Shown: positions 41,004 to 58,170 of the stretch, piece after piece
Layout of the letters: the number at the start of each line of letters is the position of its first letter
How positions within the stretch are numbered: position 1 is the stretch's first letter
Assembly (NCBI GenBank): GCA_964016885.1
Contig: OZ024746.1
Coordinates: forward strand, 84,320,001 to 84,384,000
DNA: 64,000 nucleotides
DNA from: Eledone cirrhosa
Taxonomy: Eukaryota
Direction: 5' to 3'
Position numbers and translations under genes: made by a program
Notes under the pieces: model-generated
What the model saw: the letters and a program-made list of their open reading frames with translations, nothing else
Told to the model about the DNA's origin: nothing
Databases searched by the model: none

Positions 41004-41877
41004 AATAATTTAGCTGAAAAATACTGACCTGTGTAAATGAAGAAAGTGAATATTGTCTATTTATTCTTTGTAATATCGCAGCTGATTGTGTCAATTGATT
41101 ATCAACTATCAACCAAAGGTTAGATGGTTCGCTTTCGTAACTAGTACGAAATTTTAATCCTCTTAATTTTAATGGCATACACGAAACATCGCCATAATTA
41201 ATAGAGTGCAATTTAAAAATCAGAAACGCGCAGTCTTTGTAATCAATCAATCAAATTCTCGCCTTAGTCAGGGACTGGACGCTTCGAGAGGAGATGAGCC
41301 CCGCCAAGCTTTTCTATGGTCCAATGAAATGTCATGATAGATATGCAATCAAACATCAACAGAATAATCTCCCTTGAAAATTTAAACTACTTCAGTTACG
41401 TCCCTTTTTCTTTTCGGTGTTTGCTTTGTAATAGCAGCGATAACCACAATATAGCATTCCTAGTCGTGAATCCGTTTTATATATTTTTTTTTTCGGGCTA
41501 TATCATCTAATGTACTATCCCCCTCTTTGTTTTAAAGACGATGTGCTGTGCAATAGGAAAAAGATTTAACTGTTATTTCTAGTAGATCGGGGCTCCTTCA
41601 TTTGTATTGCTTTGTGTAATGTATTGACATGACTAGAATATATATATATATAGTGCCTCTGCAACATGGTCCGCTGAAAGTGTTGAAAATTCTTTACTGC
41701 CCATCCCATTTGTTGAATCTTCTAACATAGAAATGTTCTGTGTAGTTATATTTTGACACTTTTTAATTTTTCGTTTGACTATATATTTCTATTTCTAATT
41801 ATTATTCATTCTTTTCCTATTTTTTTTTTTTTTTAGACCTGGTGGCTTGTTTAACTAAGTATATACACACAGTTTCT

Positions 41878-42593
41878 TCAATTTGATCTTTCCTCTACAT
41901 CCCTCTTCACCAACCCCAGGCCTTCATTTCCTCTTCCGTCATGTTTATCTACTTTACTTCGATCTAAATTCATTTCCATCACTTTCATCAACACATGATC
42001 TAACCATTCTATTCCATTTCTTTTCAAGATATTCATCACTGGCTTTATTCCCATCATCCTCTGTAATTCATTGTTTTCTTCTGTAATACCTAGTTCATCC
42101 ACTGAACCGTTCTCATTTTCATTCTTTCCAGTATTCTCTGCTGCTCCAAGTTCATCACCCATGTCTCACTCCTATAAATCATAGCACTTCTCACACACAC
42201 CTCCTCATTAGCATGCTTAGTTCCCACAACTTCTATGAAGGTCTCACTCTAGCTACCATTGCTGCATCCAATCAACTTTCTTCATTCAATGTCCCTAAGA
42301 TAGAAAAATGTATTAACATCTATCTTCAAATCATTCCCAAAATCTAGTTCAACATCCTCTCTATCTGCAGCTCACTCCATACACTTAAATGTAGATCTGA
42401 CATTGTTTAATAATCTACTCACACAACTATATTTTCTATTTAATTTTAATGGGGTTAACTCCAACACATTTCTGGCACATGGCCACCTTCCTGTTATTTC
42501 TACCTCACCACATGGCCACCTTCCTGTTATTTCTACCTCACCACATGCTTTACCACTTGCCATTACCTTCATTTTTCCAATGTTCACCTTCAT
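41878..42593 (-). mobile_element. Decayed RTE-clade LINE 3' fragment
   Basis: MKVNIGKMKVM..GRWPC..C and, further on, LQRMMGIKPV..LKRNGIEWLDHVLM resemble the RTE ORF C-terminus. Contains an internal 33-bp duplication at about 42477-42545. Confidence 0.65.
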
Positions 42594-44388
42594 ATATATA
42601 TAATTAGAGTATAGGATTAACCAAACAGGGATTTGCAGACCACATTATGGGCTGTCGATTATAAAACATATATATATATATATATATATAGGATAACAAG
42701 TTATTCTTCATTCTTTTACTATATATATCATCATCATCATTTCATTTTTACGTCCGCTTTTTCCCTGCTTGCAAGGGTGGGACGGGAACTGATAAACATG
42801 ACGGAAGAGAAAATGAAGGCCTGGGGTTGGTGACGAGGGATGTAGATGAAAGATCAAATTGAAGAAACTGTGTGGAGAGCAGTTTTGATTCGATTTCTAT
42901 TTGTATGTAATGCCTTCTCAGTTTTAGTTGGATCAAGCTGAAAGCTCCAATGACAACTGGAATTTATTTGTTGTTAGGTGGTATTAACCACATTCGTGCA
43001 ATTTCGATATTTTGTTATTTCTGTCTTGCTTGTTCTTCAAGAGTATTTCTTTCAGTGAAATCCCTTGGAGACATAGATATCTGGTGAAGCAAGCAATGCA
43101 CATGAGCTAATACCTACACTTTGACTATAATCAGCAAGACTTGATTTATTGTATTTGTACAAGGTTTGCCATACCAAAATATGCTGGGCTTACATGTCCT
43201 AAAAGTTCAAGGATTACAAACGTTTTTCACTTCCAACATTTCCTTTGTTATTGATGCAGTAGTTATATGTCTCAAGCACTTCTTAATTAATTTTATAATA
43301 CCTTTCATTAGTAACTTGGCTTGCAAACCTTTTAATTGCTGTTATTTGCTTATCACAATACCAGTATAGGAAGTAAGATAGTTTTATGTTGTTGTTTTTT
43401 AACTCCTAATACTGCTACCATAGTTTACAAATTTCATCATAGATATTTGATTAACGAGAATTACTGACCTAACACTTGCAAACTGCCACTTAATGCCCTG
43501 GAAACTACAGATAAGCATAGGCTCAACTAACTGTATATAGTTTTATTTGCTTGATTTTTTTTTGGGGGGGGGGGGGTACACACACACACACACACACACA
43601 TGGGCATGGTTAAAATCATATTCTCCCCTGGATAGAAAATGATAAAATAAATACAGGTTGTACTAGGTTCTTTAACTGCCATTCAACTTTTCTAAATTCA
43701 CTGAAAACCAGACCAAATACATATTTGAAAACAGAGGGCAACTTTACCTCCTTTAATCCCATGCCTAGGGGTGCAAGAGCATGGATTTTGCCATAATATT
43801 TTTGGGATCAGTGGGACACAGAATCTGCAATCCTAGATCACTGTGATCTGATAAAAGACACCAATTTTAGTACTGTTGTTGCTGCTAAGATGAATTACAT
43901 AACAATGATACCTACTTACAGTGTTGATCGAGTTAAATGATTATACAGCATATGGAAGTGGTGAGTCCTTACCCTACTGAGTTGTAGAAAACTCACCACT
44001 GACAAAGAGTATCTAAATGTTATGTATCTTGAATAAATCTGCCAAGTAGTGACCAATTATATCCCAACCACAGTTGAACTCAACACTAAAAGCTAATGAA
44101 ACAAACCCTTTGTATTGTTGCTGATCATAGCAGTGAGTTGTGCTTACCTACTTTCAGTTAAACAGACTGTACTGTTTGAGAGTTAAGTGGACACAGACAC
44201 AGTAGTTACAAGATCTCTGATATCTCAGCTGGTTTCACAGAACTCTATCCATTCAGTCATCCCGATCCCCCATCAGCTAGGTTCCAGAAGAGGTATTATT
44301 TGTAACTGGCTCTATAATATGTTGCTTTTCTTCAGTGTGCTGAGGGTCAATAAAATAAAATACAATCAAAGAATGGGGTCAGTATTAA

Positions 44389-44609
44389 CCTTTTAGCATT
44401 CACATTACTCTTTATATACTATTGTATTTTTATGGTAAAGGCTTTATCTCACATAATTATCTCACATAATAACAAATCTATGAGATTTTGATATTATTTA
44501 TTTTGAGAACAATACCTTAACGTTGGTATGAGTGGCCAGTTACAACCAGATTGAACAGAAAGTGATAAGAGAAATCTGGCCAGATACGGCCGATTTAAAT
44601 GCTAAAGGG
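44389..44609. mobile_element. TTAA-flanked MITE (piggyBac-type termini)
   Basis: TTAA|ccttttagcatt ... aatgctaaaggg|TTAA, i.e. a terminal inverted repeat with TTAA on both sides. An adjacent degenerate element of similar type follows (about 44614-44860). Confidence 0.7.
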
Positions 44610-45015
44610 TTAAACCTTTCAATACCCTATTTCTAATGATCATACACTGCCTACGGTTTCAATAACTTTGAAAATAATCTAGAATTTGAAGAAATTGAGT
44701 AATATAACTTTCTCATTATTAAGTAAGTGTTTGGAGCATAACAAGCATTCCTTCATAAAATTATGGTAGAATGTGTTTAGTTAAATATAAATACTTTAAA
44801 ATAAACTATCCTATCATAAAATCAAGAGTGGTTACATGTGATTTGGTACCAAAAGAATTAATTAACTGCATCCTTTCCAAAAATTGAAGGCCTTTTGCTG
44901 AAGTAAACACATGGATAAAGATAAGCTCTCACACAAGCTCACTTTTCTGCAACACAGTTTGCTTTTGATTATGATTATTGGGTTTGCTATTGTATTTACA
45001 TATGTATTTAACTTC

Positions 45016-45050
<35 letters not shown>

Positions 45051-45367
45051 TTGCACGTCTTTTATTTATATATTTTTTTCTTATGTCCACTTTTCCATGC
45101 AGGCATGGGTTGGATGGGATGATTTGAGGCAATGTTTTACGGCCAGATGCTGTTCTTGATGCCAACTCTTTTAGTCTCATTTTACAGCATACATACCTAC
45201 ATATACATATACACATACTTATATTCATATACATACACATACATACATACAGCCATATAATGTACACACACAAATCATCATCATTTTACATCCATTTTCC
45301 ATGTTTGCAGTGTATTTATCAAATATGTAAAAACAAACAACAATACAAGTTAACAAAGAAAAAGTAA

Positions 45368-45402
<35 letters not shown>

Positions 45403-45760
45403 CTATCAAAGGTCAGCAAAAATTATTTGCAAAAAAATATATTTCCCAAACTTAGGAACAGTATCAAGGAGCAATTTTAATCTTTTAAACTGTTCTACCA
45501 AGACTGTATACTGATTTTTTTTTTCAAGCAAACTTAAAAGTAATAAGAATAATTTTGTTTTCAAGAAAATAAAATGAAATCAAAAATACAAAAAAAAAAA
45601 AAAGGGTTTAAAGAATAATTTTTTTTAAATGACAGCGGTTTGAGGAAGAGTGAAGAAGAAAATTAACCTAAAACAAAAATAAGAAAAACACAAAAATAAA
45701 TCATTTGTTCTTCTAGCATTTTCTTTTAAGCTATTTTTCCACTTGTTTTCCTATTTTGAT

Positions 45761-48780
<3,020 letters not shown>

Positions 48781-48870
48781 GGCTTATTTATATTACCCTT
48801 CTCCACACATTTTGTTTTAGTTTTGTGTTTTTACATTTCTCATACCAAATCCATGTTATTTATTAAGTTA

Positions 48871-50195
48871 TTAATGCATTTCGATAAAAGATTCTTCTTT
48901 TAAAGGTACATGTCCTTTATAATCTATATTGTATTTAATTATGATACGAGCCGCCATGCACTGCAGTGTAATGAAGTCAAGTGGTGATACTATATCGTGG
49001 ATGGCTACACCTCGCAAAAGTTGCACAGGAGTCCTACCTTCGTTGTTTCGCATGTCTAAGTGCGCATGGCGGTGTAGAAGAAACTTTATCACATCAGACT
49101 GACAGTGTTTATTGTTAGTTGCTAGATGAAGAGGCGTGTTGCCATCACTGTCGGTTGCATTGACATTAGCACCTACCTCTAGTAATAAATTTACAACATC
49201 AGGGGACGGAAAACTGCAGACTGGATAACGACCAACATTGGTAGTTTCCCGAGCACAGGCAAGATGGAGAAGAGTGTAGCCTTTTGTACATTTTGGGTAC
49301 ATTTGAACTAGCTGATACACTGTCTGTTTGAAAACATAGTCCTCCTCTTCCGATAACCCTTTCTGTTTCTGTATTCGACATATCAAACACAGCAAGTGTA
49401 GAATTATCACTAAAAGGCGATTAAATGAGCTGACATCACAATCCTGAGCAACACATTTGTTGATGAGTTCATGCCCAATACGAAGTTCTTTAATAGCACG
49501 TGTGAACACCTCCATGATATCGCGGAATGCAACATTGTGCACTGGGTGATGTTCATTCGTCATATAAGAGAAAAGTTCTGCAAACGACAGAAAACTACTC
49601 TGGGTGTAAGAACTTAATGCCTCCAACACTTTTTGTTGGATGTCAAGTGCATACATCCACAAGTCTATACAGCGATCAAAATTGCCCATATCTGCATAAA
49701 GGGCTCCTCTATATCTGATGTAATAGGAGGTGTCTGGGTGTGCAGGACCAAGGATTCGTTCTCGAACAAGTAGTGCTTGCATTCTCATATCATCAGGATC
49801 AGATATTAGATCGTCCAGCTGTTTTTGAGTTCGAACTTCCACTGTGTTCTCATAGGCTGCAATAAGTGAATGATTTATTGGTTTGGGGATTGCAACACAA
49901 TGACATTTGTATCTTTCGTCCATACCAAGGCGCCAAAACTTTAATGCACCTAACATGTCTCTTTTTTTATCAACATAAGTTGCTCCAAGAAGCTCTAGAG
50001 CGTCAATTTTCTCGGATCGAGTACAATCTGGTTGATTTATGAGATATTCAACCATTTTAGTGTAACCAGCCACAGCAGCTGCCAACAAAGGAGTCATACC
50101 ATAGGCATCTTTTTCCATTAGGGCACTGTTTTTCAAGAGCATTTTCATGATGTCTAAACTACCAGACTCAGCACAATCATGCAGAGCGGTATTAC
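48871..50195 (-). CDS. fem-1: Protein fem-1 homolog (FEM1A/C-like CRL2 substrate receptor), terminal coding exon
   Basis: About 440 aa ORF with GNTALHDCAESGSL, GMTPLLAA, ALELLGATYVDKKRD, DPDDMRMQALLVRERILGPAHPDTSYYIRYRGALYAD, C-terminal ankyrin repeats and a TLQCMAAR VHL/BC-box-like motif. Acceptor ttttatttaacAG|GT AAT ACC at 50196/50195. The N-terminal exon was not found in the window. Confidence 0.96.
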
Positions 50196-50409
50196 CTGTT
50201 AAATAAAACAAAACAAAAAATTAAATTAAATTACAAATATAAGAAGTACATACATGAATAGAAATTAGATTATGAAGAGAAATCAAAAAGGCAAGAATAA
50301 AAGAAATGTGTGTGTGTGTGTGGTTTGCATACTTTGTCTAGGGCCATCAACTCTTGATGGAATCATAATGTCTTAGGCATTTTTAAAAATTCAGCAAAGC
50401 CCATACTTA

Positions 50410-50718
50410 ATTGGATGAACTGAAAGAGAAACTGGGTTTAAGAGGAATCCGAAGTGGTGTGCAAGAGAGAAGGCTGCATGTGATGTGCATGGATGATGAT
50501 CGCTGGGTGAAGAAGTGTCAAGACATCCTAATAGAAGGAAGCCACAGTAGAGGTACATCAAATAAGACCTGGGTAGAGGTGGTGAGAGCTGATTTCAAAT
50601 TGCTGAAACTCACAGAGGAAATGACAAAGGAACTAGGCAAGTGGAGAGATGCTGAGCTGAAAAGGACCTGTTCAATCCATGCAAACGTGGAAAAATGGAC
50701 ACAAAAACGATGATGATG
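50410..50718 (+). mobile_element. RTE LINE 3' end with (GAT)n tail
   Basis: ELKEKLGLRGIRSGVQERRLH..DDDRWVKKC...RG...KTWVEVVRAD, ending ggaaaaatggac...gatgatgatg. Homologous to 59568-60305. Confidence 0.8.
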
Positions 50719-50864
50719 AAATCAAGCAACTACACAGAATCTTCCTAATTGGTTTGAGACATTATTTTTATTTAGCTAGCTCCATATCATACTGCCTATT
50801 CAATATCTTTTAACAGTTTACCTGAGACTACATTGTTGTTGCTGTTGCTGTTTAGCCCAAGCAA

Positions 50865-51080
50865 GCTCGATCTTGTCCCTTCTGAGTATCATTTGTTAAT
50901 TTACAAAACTATTTTGATAATATTTTGATCGACTACCATCAAGAGAAGAGGTCGAAAATGAGTTAGATTCCTATTTCACAACAAAATCTAAGAAATTTTA
51001 TCAATATGACTTCTATAAGCTTGTGGACAAATGGAATAAGGTTATCAAAAGCAATAGAGTATATATTGATGTTTAAATAT
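50865..51080 (+). mobile_element. Mariner transposase C-terminal remnant
   Basis: DLVPSEYHL (cf. DLAPSDYHLF) and EEVENELDSYF..KSKKFY...YKLVDKWNKVIKSN.VYID*. Confidence 0.7.
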
Positions 51081-51826
51081 ATCTATGAATGCCATTATTT
51101 CGATTTGCAAAGTACATGTTTAAATTAGAACATTTGCTCCAATGTGAGATATATATAAATGTCATGTTTGAACAAATGTTTCCTCTGATTATAACATGTA
51201 TATTGTTCTGCTAGAGAATGGATCACAAGTGACAGATAGCAAATACAGCCACCAGATATGATGGTTAGTTGCAATATACGAGGGCTCCCGCCGAACGAAT
51301 AAGTAACTCCAGACCAACAGCAGTATACTACTAGGGGAGATGGAGCAATGGGTGGCACAGTTAGATTCCAAGAAAACTCTCACAACCCAGTGATGTAGGT
51401 ACAACAAGGCAAGTAAAGGTCACCTCGAAAAAAGCCTAGTCTTCAGAGGTCTGAGAAAAGTACCAAATTGGTGACTGGTACGAATGAAACCACTAAAACC
51501 CTGTGTATATATACATATATATATATATACAAAAAATTACAATGAAATGGAATTCCATCCAGATCGTTAGTGTACTAATACCTGAACACTGCCATAAAAC
51601 TCACTGACTAACTATGTGTATCTGCTCTGTAATGTACATCAACTGCACACTTGTTATCTCATAGAGTAAGTGAGCTATGACTGGAAGTCACTAAAATAAA
51701 TCCGTGACTTTCGTATTATATATATTTCCAGTTATATTACAATAAATGCAGACATTATCATGTTCAGTACTCGATGTACTTATTATATTCATACATTTCA
51801 TACATAAATTATGCAGTTGCATATAC

Positions 51827-51862
<36 letters not shown>

Positions 51863-53799
51863 GTGGTACCCCAGCCGGACGGCTGGAACAGGTAAAAGGC
51901 TATATATATACGTGTGTGTGCAACTGTACCATCTAACCCATGCTAGCATGGAAAATGGACGTTAAACGATGATGATGATGATGTACAATATATGTAAGTC
52001 TGTAAGAACACACACATATATATACACACATTTTATTTTGAATATACAGCAGAAGCTACAATATACTTATCCAGACAACCCCTGCTAAAAAGTAGAAAAT
52101 AGTGCAGTGAAAATAACATTAGACAAAAATTCTATCTCAACAAATTATAGAATTAAATATATATTATTATGAAAGAACAAAAAATACCCTTAGATCCAAC
52201 TATATATTAATCTATTTTTTACTGTTGCACCAAAATAACCAATTTTTGTTGTTGTTGTTGTTTTAAATAGGCTATTGATGATGTGATGGTGGGGGGAGTT
52301 CAAACAAACTAATGATAGAGTAATGAGTGACAAAGAAAGATTGAAGAAAGGAAGTACTAAAGAGCAGGGGAAGGGGACAAGCAGGTTTTGTTCATACCAC
52401 ATAATTGGTATTGATGACAAATCTATGGCTCATTCAAATAGAATTTCAAATCCTCGAAAACAAAGCAAAAATTCTGCAGCTGTGATTACAACATAGCTAC
52501 AAGTCCACGGGGATGGTGGAATGACACAGTCGTTTGATCTGGTAGAAATAGCAGCCAAATTTATTTCAAATCAAACACATTGGATATTACATATTAATAT
52601 GTCTGAAAAATAAACAGGGTGGTTATCAATGGGATGTCTTTGATGAAAATCAACAAAAACAAGAAGAAAAAAAACAGCTCAGCTCATTCTAAGGAAAAGA
52701 ATTAAATAAAAAGTTGGTGAATATTATTTTTTTTTTTATATTTGGAGAAAAAGAGAGACATACAGTCAGGCAAACAGACTGAGGCAGAAGAATGAGATGC
52801 CTTTGTTAATAACACCTCTTTGAAAATACAAGCTTTGAACCAAGAGGAAGTTGTAGTGATAGTTGTTGAAATAGCAAGGAAAAAAAGCTTGAATATAGAA
52901 ATTAATAACAATAATAATGGGAGTGATGGTGATGATGATGATGACTATGATGATTGTGGTTGTAGTGCTGGTGAACTATGACAATGATGATGATGATGAC
53001 TATGATGTTTGTGGTTATAGTGCTGGTGGGTAAATGATAGTTGATGGTGGTGGCGGTGCTGGTAAACTATGATGATGATGCTGACTATGATGTTTGTGGT
53101 TGTAGTGCTGGTGGGTAAATGGTAGTTGATGGTGCCGTTGGTGGTGGTATGAACTATGATGATAATGATGATGATGATGATGATGATATGCATTGTGATT
53201 AATGATGGTGTTGGTGGTGGATGATGATAGTGATGATAGATGATGGTGGGTGGTGGTAGTTAACAGTGATGGTGATTCATCAATGTGAATGGTAAGTGAT
53301 AATGACAATGATTGATGATGGTGCATGTGATGGTGATGGTGGTGGTGATGGTGATGGTGACAGTTGGTGGATGATGGTGTTGGTACTGATGATAGTGATT
53401 GGTGGTGGTAGATAATAATTACTAGTGGTGAAGGAGAGGAGGAGGAGGATAAGAATTATGTTTAATGATGAACTACCTATGCTCCTGGAGCTGAAGGTTG
53501 TTCTATCTACGGGGTATAAAACAACCCATTTGTAACGCCTCCCCCCCTATTGGGGATTTCGATTGTTGAATTTGTTTATTAAAAATTTTTTTTTACACGA
53601 CTCTATGTAAAATCCCCGGCATATGTCCTTGTATTGTCTCCTTTTCTTGTGCGCCCTTGTGGGCAAATAAAGAAATATATATATATGTACATATATATAT
53701 ATATTCCCACCAACACCACCCTCTCTCTGTAAAGTTGGTACCACAACATCCAGTCCAAATAAATGAGATAAATGAGATCGAGATCGTGTAGGTGTCACG

Positions 53800-54045
53800 A
53801 CAAAAAAAAAACACAGTCCACGCTGTAATGTGGCCGTGTAGGTAACACGGCAAAAAGTTCCCAGTTCCACACTGTAAATGTGGTTGGTGTTAGGAAGGGC
53901 ATCCAGCCGTAGAAAACCTGCCAGATAGTCCTATATGAGTGAGACACGGTCACCCGACCAACCTTGCCTCAAGTGGGACAACTCCCGTCTAGCCCATGCT
54001 AGCGTGGAAGATGGACGTTAAACGATGATGATGATGATGATGATA
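53800..54045 (+). mobile_element. RTE-tailed SINE-like element ending in (GAT)n
   Basis: gtggttggtgttaggaagggcatccagccgtagaaa...cccatgctagcgtggaagatggacgttaaacgatgatg shares its 3' end with the RTE LINEs. Related copies at about 51930-51982, 55285-55420(-), 56197-56260(-), 57840-58143, 58730-59150, 62085-62420(-) and 63570-63620(-). Confidence 0.75.
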
Positions 54046-54294
54046 TACATATATATATATATATTTACATATATATATATATTTACATATATATATATAT
54101 TTACATATATATATATATATATTAACATATATATATATATATTTACATATATATATATATATATTTACATATATATATATATATATTTACATATATATAT
54201 ATATATTTACATATATATATATATTTATATATATATATATATATATTTACATATATATATATATATATTTACATATATATATATATATATTTAC

Positions 54295-54326
<32 letters not shown>

Positions 54327-54346
54327 ATATATATATATTTACATAT

Positions 54347-54378
<32 letters not shown>

Positions 54379-54397
54379 GTAAATATATATATATATT

Positions 54398-54437
<40 letters not shown>

Positions 54438-54488
54438 CATATATATATATATGTATATATATATATGTAAATATATATATATATTTAC

Positions 54489-54522
<34 letters not shown>

Positions 54523-54680
54523 TTACATATATATATATAGATATATACATCATTTTACGTCTGCTTTTCTCTGCTTGCATATATATATATATATATTTAT
54601 ACATATATATATATTTACATATATATATATATTTACACATATATATATATATATTTACATACACGTATATATATATTTAC
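54045..54680. repeat. (TA)n array punctuated by tttaca units, with local inversions (tgtaaa)
   Basis: Directly visible. Confidence 0.95.
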
Positions 54681-54682
54681 AG

Positions 54683-55172
54683 CTTGAGATCGGTGTGGAA
54701 GTCGGACCTTTGTAAAGACCTGAAGATCCGCCTCTTCGTTGCTGTAGTAGAGTCTGTGCTGCTGTACGGGTCTGAGACTTGGACACTGACCAAGAAACTC
54801 ACTCAGATGGTGGATGGGTGCTACACGAGAATGCTGAGGATGGCTCTGAACATTAATCAGTATACACTGAGGATGAAGAACTCAGAGCTGTACAGGAGCC
54901 TCCCAAAAGTCAACTCAAAAGTGACACAGAGGAGACTGAGGTTAGCTGGACATGCTCACTGACATCCAGAGTTGACACTGCACACAGTGCTCCTGTGGGA
55001 TCCCCTGCATGGACACACTGAAAGAGGAAGACCAAAGTTAACATATGTTGATGCCCTAAGGATAGACACTGGGCTGTTGGAGACGCAGGACACAGCAGCG
55101 ATAATGAGGGACAGAGACCGCTGGAGAGAACTCGTCCATGGATCTCAGGAATTTTACCCGCCCTAGATAGAT
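54683..55172 (+). mobile_element. Relatively intact RTE-group LINE 3' fragment inserted in a TA-rich microsatellite
   Basis: [36 protein letters not shown]...[13 protein letters not shown]...RGRPKLTYVDAL..DTG...MRDRDRWR, with a single in-frame TGA and a tagatagata tail. Confidence 0.88.
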
Positions 55173-55713
55173 AAATATATATTTACATATATATATATTT
55201 ACATATATATATATTTACATATACATATATATATATACATATATAAATATACATATATATATATATAAGTATATATGTATTTTTTCATTGTACGTCCGCT
55301 TTTTCCCTGCTTGCAGAGGGGGGGGGGCTGATTCTGGCTTGATTTCTACAGCTGGATGCCCTTCCTAACACCAACCTCATTTACAGTGAGTGCTGGGTGC
55401 TTTTTTGCCGTGGCACCTCCACGACCACTTTACAGTGGAATGATATGGACCCCAGTCTCAATCATCTCATTTCTACAGCTGAGTAAACTGGAGCAATGTG
55501 AAATAAAGTATCTTGCTCAAGGAAACAACACATTACCTGGTCTGAGAATTGAACTCACAACCTTTCGATCGATTGCAAGGCCAATGCTCTAACCACTAAG
55601 CCATCTGCCTCCATATATATATATATATAGAAAGATTTGAATGGATACAGTTTAGTTGAAAGGAATTTATTGACACGTGTTTCTATAACAGTTACATAAC
55701 ACAACGGAAAATA

Positions 55714-55774
<61 letters not shown>

Positions 55775-56365
55775 GTAGAAAAGATAACTCACAAGAAAGA
55801 GAGTGTGTGTTTATCAATGTACAGGGAAAACCACCAGTGTATGGAATCTATAAACTACGAAAGGTGAGGTAGACGCATAATAATTAAAAATGTAAATCAG
55901 AATGAATTTACCCACCTTTATAACTATATATCACACACGTACAAACCCAAAGAGATTTCTTTCGGCAAAAGATTAGTGAATAGAATGAAACACCCAGGTT
56001 CATCAGCATGTGGTAACCGAATACATATATATAAATATACAAATTAGGTAGTAACATGTGCTTACGCCGTATTTGACTAAAAGTTAGACGGGGCTACATA
56101 AACCAAGTCAGTACTGAAGTGGGGCCACTGACCTCCAAGCAAGGCCGAGGGGTCTGCAATTCACTTATAAACAGTCTTATTAATATATATATATATCATC
56201 ATCATCATCATCATCACCGTTTTACATCCGTTCTTCCATGCTAGCATGGGTTAGATGGGAGGATATATATATATGTATGTAAAAGGTAAACAGAAATAAC
56301 AACACAATCGGTACAGTATATGGAAGGGATATATTAGGTTAACGCTTGATATAGCAGGAAGAGGG

Positions 56366-56401
56366 TATTAACGTTTCGGACGCTAGTCCTTCGTCAGAAG
56401 A
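56366..56401 (-). ncRNA. Minimal type I hammerhead ribozyme (palindromic ACGU stem III)
   Basis: Minus strand reads ucuu CUGACGA a ggac-uagc-gucc GAAA cg UU aaua. One stem I mismatch, which is paired in the homologous copy at 12108-12143. Confidence 0.7.
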
Positions 56402-56529
56402 AGCAAAGCTGTGGTGGGGAATTAGGGCTCACAAGAGAACGGGTGAAGGCTTCAAGACCATCATCTTTGTCCGTTCCCTTGTCTTTTTAATTTGAATTGC
56501 CTTGCGAACGTAACCTTATTATGTAAGAA

Positions 56530-56602
56530 GCTGTCTGATGAAATCAGGCCACTGGTTAGGCAGAATTGTGGCCACTGCTGTCATTGAAATATGTATCACA
56601 GC
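56530..56602 (+). ncRNA. Type I hammerhead ribozyme with extended stem II
   Basis: gcugu CUGAUGA aau..ggccac...guggcc..auu GAAA uaugua UC acagc. 5-bp stem I, and stem III AUA/UAU. Confidence 0.65.
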
Positions 56603-56834
56603 CTTATCAATAAAGGACCTTAACATCTGAAACTACTTTGTATTTTCTTATTTTATTTATATATATATGTGTGTGTGTGTGTGTATAGTTGATAAATGAA
56701 ACAAACAAAACACAGGAGGCAATTTTTACACAGTTATATTAGGTTCACGCTTGGTGGAATATATATATATTTATTAAAATAACAGATTAAGGTTTAAGCA
56801 AAGAATCGCTGCTTTCACCCTTAACAGGATCTTC

Positions 56835-56909
<75 letters not shown>

Positions 56910-57534
56910 CAAATTATGGCTTATTTTAAGCATGCTATGTGTTGGTAGAGAACAGAAACTAACTAAACAAGTTTTTTTTGTTTGAGGCAATAAAAATAAA
57001 ATAAGGTACGAATCATGCAATTCAATTGAAACAGACAGCAAATGTAAAAGAAATGTTACTTCAAAGACACAGTTTAAACATCAGCCATTTTCTTTCTCTG
57101 CTTTTACACTACCTCCAACAAACACCACCGCCACCACCACCACCACAATCATTATCACTCCCATTACCACATCAGAAGAAGAAGTGCATTGACTGAATAA
57201 TATATTTTTGCAACACAAAACAAATTTATGTCAGAAATTATAAATGTCTCACCAAACAACAAGGAAAGTGGAAGTAATAAATGAATAAATTTCAGATTCC
57301 CAACCCATGGTGGTGGGGGCAATATGATATGAAATTAGGAGCCGTGTTTAGCTATTTCGAGGTGTTAAGCAAAAATAATAGAATGCATATCTCTACCTGG
57401 ATAAGATGCCAGTGCCACTACGTATATGTGGTGTGGTAAATAAATATAAAAATATACATCAGGTTCAAACACAATAGAACCAAATTCCAACTGTCACTGC
57501 CTCTGTCTCTCCCAATCTCTCACTATTATAAGCA

Positions 57535-57690
57535 AATGTGGGCCCATGCACTGGCTGCCCTGATGTCCCGATGGACAGAATAGAGAAGGCGTTTCCTCAG
57601 AGGATAGTGAGGGAGACACATTGGAAGATGCCAGTCCACCACCACATAAGATTTTCAGATGATCTAGCCCTATACAACAGATGATGATGG
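57535..57690 (-). mobile_element. Second CRE-like 3' fragment
   Basis: Nucleotide similarity to 60650-60720 (ggacagaat.gagaa.gcgtttcc). Translation IFQCVSLTIL*GNAFSILSIG. Confidence 0.6.
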
Positions 57691-58139
57691 AACTGCACGT
57701 TTTTATGCTTGTTTCCACCTGACTTGCTTTGTTTACATCATCTTATGGGGCATTATTTGTATGTATATATATATATATATATAGAAAGGTTGCCAAACAA
57801 AGGGTTGCGAGGACGCTTTAGTTATGTCAAGGACATGGCACACTCCCTAGTGCTGGTGATCTACACAATAAAAGCACCCAGTGCACACTGTAAAGTGGTT
57901 GGTGTTAGGAAGGGCATCTAGCTATAGAAATTTTGTCAAACAATGGGTTAGGAGGATCCTTCAGTTTGTCTCAAAAACACAACTTCTCTTCTGCACTGAA
58001 TAATGGCCGTACATAAGCGAGATACAGACCTATTTGGCATGTCTGGGATGTCAGTGGCCCCACATCAGTACTGACTTGGTCTATGTAGATCTGTCCAACC
58101 CTTGCTAGCAGGGAAAGCAGATGTTAAATGATGATGATG

Positions 58140-58170
<31 letters not shown>

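Noticed and set aside
50196-50211. ORF-track start 'MFYLT' of the fem-1 ORF
   Set aside because: It lies in the intron's polypyrimidine tract and acceptor; the exon begins at 50195.
52910-53450. His/Thr/Ile-rich ORFs
   Set aside because: Degenerate (GAT/GGT)n trinucleotide repeats.
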